The notes under the pieces: generated by a model | Seen by the model: the letters and a program-made list of their open reading frames with translations, nothing else | The model's database searches: none | Told to the model about the DNA's origin: nothing | From: Candidatus Caldarchaeum subterraneum | GTDB taxonomy: Archaea; Thermoproteota; Nitrososphaeria_A; Caldarchaeales; Caldarchaeaceae | DNA: 33,757 nucleotides | Assembly: GCA_015661775.1 (NCBI GenBank) | Contig: DQVM01000012.1 | Coordinates: 1-33,757, forward strand | Reading direction: 5' to 3' | Shown: positions 28,009 through 33,757 of the stretch, piece after piece | How positions within the stretch are numbered: position 1 is the first letter of the stretch | How the letters are laid out: each line of letters begins with the position of its first letter | Position numbers and translations under genes: made by a program

Positions 28009-28782
28009 CTACGTATTCTTTCCTCTGAACCTGCTGTGCCAATAAAGTTTTTCCTTCGTCCATTTTAGGTATGCTTCATCCAGCTCGTTGGTTAGGACAT
28101 AGTCGTGTATGAATCTTATATGCTCTTTTATCAGATGCCGCGCCTCCTCCTCGGAGACCTCGCCTTTAGCGGCTAGTTTTCTTCTCAGAACCTCTAGGGG
28201 GGTGAAGAGGTAGGGTTGGTCCACGTATTTTATCCATGTCCTGAATTTCTCCTTGAGCTGGTTTCTCAGCCACCTCCCCTCAAGCCATGAAACGCATATG
28301 CTCCTGTCGTAGTTCTCTGCCTCCTCCTCCATCGTCTTCCTCTCCCGTTCTAGGGCTTTCTTAGTCTCCTCCACCTCCCAGCGTAGCTGCTCCAGCCACT
28401 TCTCCACCTCTATCTCGTTTTTTATTCTCCCCCTTATGGTGAGTAACGCTATGTTGTGGCTTGTTCTGACGCCGTGCTCGAAGCTGCTGGGGTCTTTGTA
28501 GCAGTAGGTTAGGATTTTGCCGCCTATCTCCTTTAGGCGCTGGAGTATGGGTTTGCTGTCCTTCAGCCATGCCTCTACGGGTTCTGGGAGGAGCTTCTTC
28601 CTTCTTATCTCCTCTACTAGCTGCTCGTATTCTAGGCCGTATGGTATCTCAGCTACTAGATGGTCTATTGTCTTGGGGAGGTTGAGGAAGAGCGCCTCGT
28701 AGTCTTCTCGTATGTGTCTAGCGGCCTCTTTACCGCTTTTGGGCAGAGGAGGCCTTATTATGAACCCTATCTCCTTCTGCAT
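28009..28782 (-). CDS. Hypothetical protein, helical, Lys/Glu/Trp-rich; no family recognised
   Basis: 257-aa ORF with coding-like composition. It lies on the same strand as sfsA, 9 nt upstream of it, and 38 nt downstream of the acyl-CoA synthetase gene. Confidence 0.55.
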   Translation of the reverse strand: MQKEIGFIIRPPLPKSGKEAARHIREDYEALFLNLPKTIDHLVAEIPYGLEYEQLVEEIRRKKLLPEPVEAWLKDSKPILQRLKEIGGKILTYCYKDPSSFEHGVRTSHNIALLTIRGRIKNEIEVEKWLEQLRWEVEETKKALERERKTMEEEAENYDRSICVSWLEGRWLRNQLKEKFRTWIKYVDQPYLFTPLEVLRRKLAAKGEVSEEEARHLIKEHIRFIHDYVLTNELDEAYLKWTKEKLYWHSRFRGKNT

Positions 28783-28820
28783 TACCTAAGAGGTGATTGT
28801 TGGAAAGCGTGGTTATAGAC

Positions 28821-30524
28821 TTATCGCCTCTGCTGCAGCATATCCCTAACGGCTCTTCTCAGCACCTTACCTACGGGTGTCTTAGGTAGCTCGTCTAGGA
28901 ATATGAACTCGCTGGGCCTCTTGTATTCAGCCAGCCTCTCGCCGCAGTATTTAGATAGTTCATCGGCGGTTACCTCGCCCTTCTTCTCAGGCTTAAGGAC
29001 TACCGCAGCTACTATACGCTGCCCATACCTCTCGTCAGGGACCCCAACTACGGCTGCTTCCTTAACTGCGGGGTGTTCGTAGAGGATGGCCTCAACCTCA
29101 GCTGGGAATACTGAGAAGCCCTTATGCTTAATCAAGTCCTTTATCCTGTCAACGAAGTAGAAGTATCCGTCTTCATCAACCCTAGCCATGTCGCCTGTCC
29201 TGAACCACCTCCTCCCCCCACGCTCTAGGAAGACCCGTTCATTCTCCTCAGCGTCCATGTAGCCCAGCATAACCTGAGGCCCTGAAACTACCAGCTCCCC
29301 AGCCTCGCCTACGGGGAGGAAATCCAGGTTCTCAGGGTTTATCACGGCTGCATACGTGTTGGAGACAGGGACTCCGAAGGAGCCGTATCTAGTGTTCTCA
29401 GGTGGGTTGATATGCGTAACTGGTGAGGTTTCTGTAAGGCCATAGCCCTCCACTATCCGCTTCCCAACAACCCGCTCAAACTCCCTAGCAACCTCAACAG
29501 GTAGAGTATCAGCCCCCGATATGACTAGCTTCAAGGAGCTTAGGTCAACCTGCCTAGTCAAGGGATGCTTGGCCATGGCGTTGAAGAGCGTAGGAACTCC
29601 GGGGAATATGGTAGCCTTATATCTTGCTAGGGCTTTTATGAACTGCTCCAGCTCCAGCCTTGGGAAGACCAGGAGCGTATTCCCTTTAGTTAAACCCGCT
29701 CCAAGTATAACGCTCTGGCCGTAGATGTGGTAGAAGGGGAGGAGGGCCACGAAGGTTTCTCTACCATCCTCCAAGTATTGCTTGATAAACTCATGCATCT
29801 GGTATATGTTGGCTACTATATTATAGTGGGTAAGCATAACCCCTTTAGGAAGCCCCGTCGTTCCGCCTGTGAACTGTAGGCTGAGCAGGTCCTCCCTAGG
29901 GTTTACAGCAGCTTTAGCATGAGCCTCCCAATCTCCCTTCAGCAAATCCATGAAGTTGATTATCCTATCATCCCTTGGGAGGGGTGCTGTAGGTATCTTC
30001 TTCAACACCTTGCCCAGCGTCCTCTTAAAACCGGGGAGGAAGTCAGCTATGTTACATACAACCGCATGCCTTATACCCGTGTTATCTATGACTTGGTGGA
30101 CGTTGTTGTAGAGTATGTCTAGGGCGAATATCACCTTAGCCTCTGTTTTATTGACTTGGTATTCTATCTCCCTTGGTGAGTATAGGGGGTTCATGGGGGT
30201 GACGACAGCGCCTAGCCTTAGGGTGGCGTAGTACGCTATGATGAACTGAATGCTGTTGGGCAGGTATATAGCAACCCTATCTCCCTTCCCTACGCCTAGC
30301 CTACGGAGAGCAGCTGACATACGCTCCACATAACCCAGCAGTTCACGGAAACTATACCTACTGTCGAGGAAGATGACAGCGGTATTGCCGCTGAACCTGG
30401 AGGCAGCCTCCTCAAACAAATCATAAACCGACTTATTATCCGGGATCGTAATATCGGGGCTGACGTCCCTAGGGTAGTTCTTGACCCAAATCCTGTTAAA
30501 AGCCATCTCCAGCGTGTTCATCAC
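28821..30524 (-). CDS. AMP-dependent acyl-CoA synthetase (long/medium-chain fatty acid--CoA ligase)
   Basis: 567 aa. AMP-binding signature FTGGTTGLPKGVMLTH, plus GYGLTETSP, TGDMARVDEDGYFYFVDRIKD and PKTPVGKVLRR. Confidence 0.88.
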   Translation of the reverse strand: MMNTLEMAFNRIWVKNYPRDVSPDITIPDNKSVYDLFEEAASRFSGNTAVIFLDSRYSFRELLGYVERMSAALRRLGVGKGDRVAIYLPNSIQFIIAYYATLRLGAVVTPMNPLYSPREIEYQVNKTEAKVIFALDILYNNVHQVIDNTGIRHAVVCNIADFLPGFKRTLGKVLKKIPTAPLPRDDRIINFMDLLKGDWEAHAKAAVNPREDLLSLQFTGGTTGLPKGVMLTHYNIVANIYQMHEFIKQYLEDGRETFVALLPFYHIYGQSVILGAGLTKGNTLLVFPRLELEQFIKALARYKATIFPGVPTLFNAMAKHPLTRQVDLSSLKLVISGADTLPVEVAREFERVVGKRIVEGYGLTETSPVTHINPPENTRYGSFGVPVSNTYAAVINPENLDFLPVGEAGELVVSGPQVMLGYMDAEENERVFLERGGRRWFRTGDMARVDEDGYFYFVDRIKDLIKHKGFSVFPAEVEAILYEHPAVKEAAVVGVPDERYGQRIVAAVVLKPEKKGEVTADELSKYCGERLAEYKRPSEFIFLDELPKTPVGKVLRRAVRDMLQQRR

Positions 30525-30598
30525 TGTTTAAGGTGTTGCCTCCGGTAGAAAAGGTTTTAGAGAGACGTTATATGCTAGAATGAGAAGAGGTGTTGAAG

Positions 30599-30958
30599 AT
30601 GGTTAACGTAATCTATAAGCCTATCCAGGAGGTTATAATCATGGAAGTGATAAAATATAATACTCCAGAGGAGCTGCTTAGGAATATTCTCCTGCTTCCG
30701 GGGCAGCCTGCTATATTATACTGGGCTGAGGAGGTGGTTTTCTACCCTGTTCCGTTGATGCCTAATACCAGTAAGATTGTGGAGGAGCTGTTGAATGGCA
30801 GGATTTACTGGACCTTCGTATCCTTCGCCGAGATGAGGGAGTATAGTAGCATGGTTGCAGCCGAGAAGGGGCCTGAGGCTGTTGTGATAAACGTGTCTAG
30901 GAGTAAGGTGCTGAGGGAGGTGGCCAGCTGGCTTAAGAGAAGGATTGGTGAGGAATAG
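30599..30958 (+). CDS. Small hypothetical protein (about 105-122 aa), no family recognised
   Basis: The ORF is 30590..30958. The ATG at 30599 lies about 28 nt downstream of a TTATATG box (30568-30574). Alternative starts are GTG at 30590 and ATG at 30641. The 3' end overlaps the Trm5-family gene by 26 nt. Confidence 0.45.
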   Translation: MVNVIYKPIQEVIIMEVIKYNTPEELLRNILLLPGQPAILYWAEEVVFYPVPLMPNTSKIVEELLNGRIYWTFVSFAEMREYSSMVAAEKGPEAVVINVSRSKVLREVASWLKRRIGEE

Positions 30959-31742
30959 CCCTTAGGTCTAGAACCCAGTGGGCTAGGCTGGGGCTGTAGC
31001 TCTTCACCATCCTGTAACCTATCAACTCAAGACCATAACCTAGGGTGGTGGCGACCTTGCCGCACTCCCTGTACATATCCAGCCAGCCGTTGTTCTTCTT
31101 AGCTAGGTCGTGGAAGTGTATAATAGCCCCGGTAGGTTTAGCTAGTTGCAGGGCTGTTCCAAAAAATTCCACCGTCCCGCTGAAGTATCCCATGATTATC
31201 CTATCCGCCTTACCTTTTAGGCCGTACCTAGCTGCGTTGCGGTTATCATCCATAAACGCCCTCACCCTATCCTGAACCTTGTTAATCTTGATGTTCTCCA
31301 GCAGGTAGCGGAAGGCGTCAATATTATACTCAAACGCATACACCATCTTGGGTTTTGAGTGGACTGATATTGGGATGGTGAACTGCCCAACCCCGGCGAA
31401 CATATCCACCACAGTCTCCCCCTGTTTTACAACCCTCGTCATTCTGGTTCTCTCGTAGAAGTTCCCTAGGCTGAACATGAGTTTAGCTGCGTCCAGTTTG
31501 AATAGGCACATATTCTCCCGGTGTATCGTCTCGGTCTCGGGACTTCCTGCTATCAGCTTAACCGCAGGCTCCCTCACGGAACCCCTAACCTCGTATATTC
31601 TCAGAACAGACCTAACCCTAGGGTGGCGTCTCAGGATCTCCAGCCCTATCTCATGCTCCAGCTCATCCAAGCTATCTGGAAGCCTGACTAGGGCTACGTG
31701 GCCCAGAAACCTGACCCGAGGCAGCTTAACCCCCTTCCTCAC
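30933..31742 (-). CDS. Met-10+/Trm5-Taw family tRNA methyltransferase (m1G37 or wyosine pathway)
   Basis: 269 aa. SAM motif VVDMFAGVGQFTIPI, plus FKLDAAKLMFSLGN...ER and a class I MTase core. Short archaeal form. GTG start. Confidence 0.7.
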   Translation of the reverse strand: MRKGVKLPRVRFLGHVALVRLPDSLDELEHEIGLEILRRHPRVRSVLRIYEVRGSVREPAVKLIAGSPETETIHRENMCLFKLDAAKLMFSLGNFYERTRMTRVVKQGETVVDMFAGVGQFTIPISVHSKPKMVYAFEYNIDAFRYLLENIKINKVQDRVRAFMDDNRNAARYGLKGKADRIIMGYFSGTVEFFGTALQLAKPTGAIIHFHDLAKKNNGWLDMYRECGKVATTLGYGLELIGYRMVKSYSPSLAHWVLDLRAIPHQSFS

Positions 31743-31820
31743 CCATATCCGTCCCTGCGTGGATGTTTCTTAAGAACGTTTAATAACATCCTCAGGGTCT
31801 CAGCGTTGTGGGGAGAGAAT

Positions 31821-32231
31821 ATGGGCGGCGGTGGTAAGAAACCTACACTAAGCCAGCTCACTAAGCGGATGGAGAGGGAGAGGAGGCAGCAGCAGGAGAG
31901 GAGGGAGGCTGCGGGTTATGAGAAGAGCGTCTTGGGGCTTAGCGTACCAGACATGGAGGAGGTGGTGAGCTACGTAAAGAGCCTAAAATACGTAACCCCC
32001 TACGTCTTGGCTGAGAAGTTCGGCTTCAGGCTCTCGCTGGCTAAAAGGCTGCTCTCAGACTTCGTATCACAGGGCTTACTAAACGTGGTAGCAGGCGATA
32101 ACCGTCTAAGAATATACGCCCCGGTGGTAGAACCCACCCCGGCAGCCGAGGCTCAGGAGGCGGCGCAGCCTGAGGCTACTAAGAGGAGAAAGAGGGGTAA
32201 AAGGTCTAAAGAGGGGAAATCCTCATCCTAG
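31821..32231 (+). CDS. rps25e: 30S ribosomal protein S25e with a C-terminal low-complexity/basic extension
   Basis: 136 aa from the ATG at 31821. It has a basic N-terminus (GGKKPTLSQLTKRMERERRQQ) and a winged-helix core (VTPYVLAEKFGFRLSLAKRLLSDFVSQGLL...RIYAP). The upstream 123 nt of the ORF overlap the Trm5-family gene and are not counted. Confidence 0.75.
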   Translation: MGGGGKKPTLSQLTKRMERERRQQQERREAAGYEKSVLGLSVPDMEEVVSYVKSLKYVTPYVLAEKFGFRLSLAKRLLSDFVSQGLLNVVAGDNRLRIYAPVVEPTPAAEAQEAAQPEATKRRKRGKRSKEGKSSS

Positions 32232-32574
32232 AGCCGTTTCTAGCACCTTTAAGAGGCTCAACATCATCTATGCAACGGCCGACCTTAACCGTCTGCGTCC
32301 TCGCGGAATGCTCCTCCAACGCAACCCCAACCACCCTACCCGGGGGCCAGTAGAATATATCCCCCTTCCTCAGCTTTGTGACAGGCTTCTCAGCCCCCCG
32401 CTCCACGTCTACAGTTATGTAGATGGCGTTCTCCCAAGAGGCTAGAAACCCCTCTAGAGGTAGTTTACGTATTATCTCATCAACCGTTATAGGTGCGTAG
32501 AACCTCACCAGCTCTGCTTTAACCTCCTGAAGATTCTCTACTGCTATCTTTACCTGTTTTTTAACCGAGCTCAT
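32206..32574 (-). CDS. Cyclophilin-like superfamily protein of unknown function (TM1367/DUF369-like)
   Basis: 122 aa. The motif KGDIFYWPPGRVVGVAL and the preceding APITVDEIIRKLPLEG pattern match the small archaeal/bacterial cyclophilin-like family. The start overlaps the apgM stop by 4 nt. Confidence 0.55.
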   Translation of the reverse strand: MSSVKKQVKIAVENLQEVKAELVRFYAPITVDEIIRKLPLEGFLASWENAIYITVDVERGAEKPVTKLRKGDIFYWPPGRVVGVALEEHSARTQTVKVGRCIDDVEPLKGARNGSRMRISPL

Positions 32575-33757
32575 TCCCCGTAGAGAGGCATCTTACCTAG
32601 GTAGTTGCATAGGATAGGCATTATATCTATGCCCCTTATCCTACCCAACCCCCCTCTTGCGCATGCTATTTCATCAAAGACCTCTATGTTATCCCTCCTG
32701 ACGTCGTGGCCGTAGATGACGACTGGAACAGGGTCGCCGCGGTGTTCACCTATCTCGACAGGGGTTGAATGGTCTGCTGTAACTACTACGTAGGTCCCCT
32801 CGTTAAACGCTCTATCAACTACACGTTGAAACGCCTCGGATATGTTCTTAATCACCCTAACCTTAGTGACGGGGTTCTTGTCGTGGCTAGCTGAGTCGGT
32901 ACCCTTTACGTGAACCAGAACGAAATCATAGCTATCCAAAGCCCTCAGGGCTGCCTCCATCTTCCCGTTCAAGTTGGTGTTAACTGTTCCAGTGGCTCCC
33001 TCAACGTTTATCACGTCAAACCCAGCGGCTTTACATACTCCTTTATACAACGCTCCTCCGGCTATGACGGCTGCCTTCAGGCCGTATCTCTCGCTGAAGG
33101 GCTCCAGCTTAGGTAGGTGCCCCGCTCCTCTTGTTAGAAGGGCGTTGGCTGGGTTTAGGCCCTTCTCCCGCCTCTCCTTGTTTAAGGGGTGGTTGGAGAG
33201 AACCTGCCTGGCCTTCTCTAGGTATGCCATCAGCGCCTTGGCGGTTTTACGGGCCTTAGCTGACTTATCCAACGGCCTAGGGGGGTGGAGGGGGGTTCCG
33301 GTCTTATGCGGGTCTACGTCAGAGACCTTATCGCTTAACCCTCTGCCACGCATAACCAAAACCCCGCGATGCTCAACGGTTGGTATGAACTCTATCTCCA
33401 CACCGTCTAAGCCCCGTATCTTTATCCCCTGCAGAGCCTCAGCCAGAACCCTGGCTTCGTCGGTGGAGATTCTACCAGCCCTCCTATCCACTATCACGCC
33501 ATCATCATCAACGGTTGCGAAGTTACACCTAAACGCCACATCCCCCGGCTTAAGCTCAACACCAGCTCCAAGGGCTTCCAGAGGCCCTCGGCCCGTGTAG
33601 TATTTGAACGGGTCGTAGCCGAGCAAAGCCAAGTGTCCAGTATCGCTGCCGTTGGGTAAACCCGGAGAGACCACGTCAACGATGCCGCACTCACCATGTT
33701 GGGCGAGTAGGTCAAAAGCCCTGCCCCTAGCAGCCTCAAGTGGTGTTAAGCCGGATA
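32571..33757 (-). CDS. apgM: 2,3-bisphosphoglycerate-independent phosphoglycerate mutase, archaeal type (5' end outside the window)
   Basis: The frame stays open upstream of the listed GTG to the window edge (SGLTPLEAARGRAFDLLAQHGECGIVDVVSPGLPNGSDTGHLALLGYDP). Motifs are HVKGTDSASHD and VTADHSTP. Confidence 0.82.
   Translation of the reverse strand, partial: SGLTPLEAARGRAFDLLAQHGECGIVDVVSPGLPNGSDTGHLALLGYDPFKYYTGRGPLEALGAGVELKPGDVAFRCNFATVDDDGVIVDRRAGRISTDEARVLAEALQGIKIRGLDGVEIEFIPTVEHRGVLVMRGRGLSDKVSDVDPHKTGTPLHPPRPLDKSAKARKTAKALMAYLEKARQVLSNHPLNKERREKGLNPANALLTRGAGHLPKLEPFSERYGLKAAVIAGGALYKGVCKAAGFDVINVEGATGTVNTNLNGKMEAALRALDSYDFVLVHVKGTDSASHDKNPVTKVRVIKNISEAFQRVVDRAFNEGTYVVVTADHSTPVEIGEHRGDPVPVVIYGHDVRRDNIEVFDEIACARGGLGRIRGIDIMPILCNYLGKMPLYGE

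Noticed and set aside
31698-31820. 5' extension of the S25e ORF overlapping the start of the Trm5-family gene
   Set aside because: It is non-conserved Pro-rich sequence. The S25e-like basic N-terminus begins at the ATG at 31821, downstream of an A/T box.
32910-33739. ORFs of 68 and 208 aa (+) and 81 aa (-, other frame) within apgM
   Set aside because: They lie antisense to, or out of frame with, a confidently assigned phosphoglycerate mutase. The 208-aa product is Ser/Pro/Ala/Leu-rich with no motifs.

Overview
This window is a dense, almost fully protein-coding chromosomal segment. It reads as a hyperthermophilic archaeon of the Thermoproteota (Crenarchaeota) type. The markers are A-type ATP synthase subunits B/H-like/C, sn-glycerol-1-phosphate dehydrogenase, geranylgeranyl reductase, a two-subunit 2-oxoacid:ferredoxin oxidoreductase, ribosomal protein S25e and an archaeal-type cofactor-independent phosphoglycerate mutase. 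A/T-box promoters sit about 25-30 nt upstream of many start codons.

I support 34 CDS, two of them truncated by the window edges. Most are housekeeping genes:
- NAD salvage pncA-pncB followed by fumC
- valS plus a Nudix hydrolase
- acyl-CoA synthetase, Hsp20, a GT2 glycosyltransferase, an M20 peptidase, a DUF59 Fe-S assembly protein and a flavin reductase
- SfsA and a Trm5/Taw-family tRNA methyltransferase

I found no rRNA, tRNA, CRISPR array, transposase, integrase or prophage signature. Every intergenic spacer is shorter than about 145 nt.

I do not see a compelling self-contained novel system such as a defence island in this window. The best leads are:
1. A ThiR-type regulator (HTH plus ThiN-like domain) lying tail-to-tail with a stand-alone paralogue of its own DNA-binding/Cys-His module.
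2. A three-gene cluster of C-terminally anchored surface proteins: a six-Asp-box BNR propeller, an orphan family-5 solute-binding protein with no permease or ATPase in the window, and a PPC-like domain protein.
3. An orphan SPPY-type DNA methyltransferase with motif I preceding motif IV.
4. An unusual set of palindromes in the methyltransferase/DUF59 divergent spacer.
5. An uncharacterised 257-aa protein that appears translationally linked to sfsA.
6. A systematic pattern in which 8 of 11 convergent gene pairs overlap at their 3' ends.

All functional calls come from motif and family recognition by eye. No database search was run.
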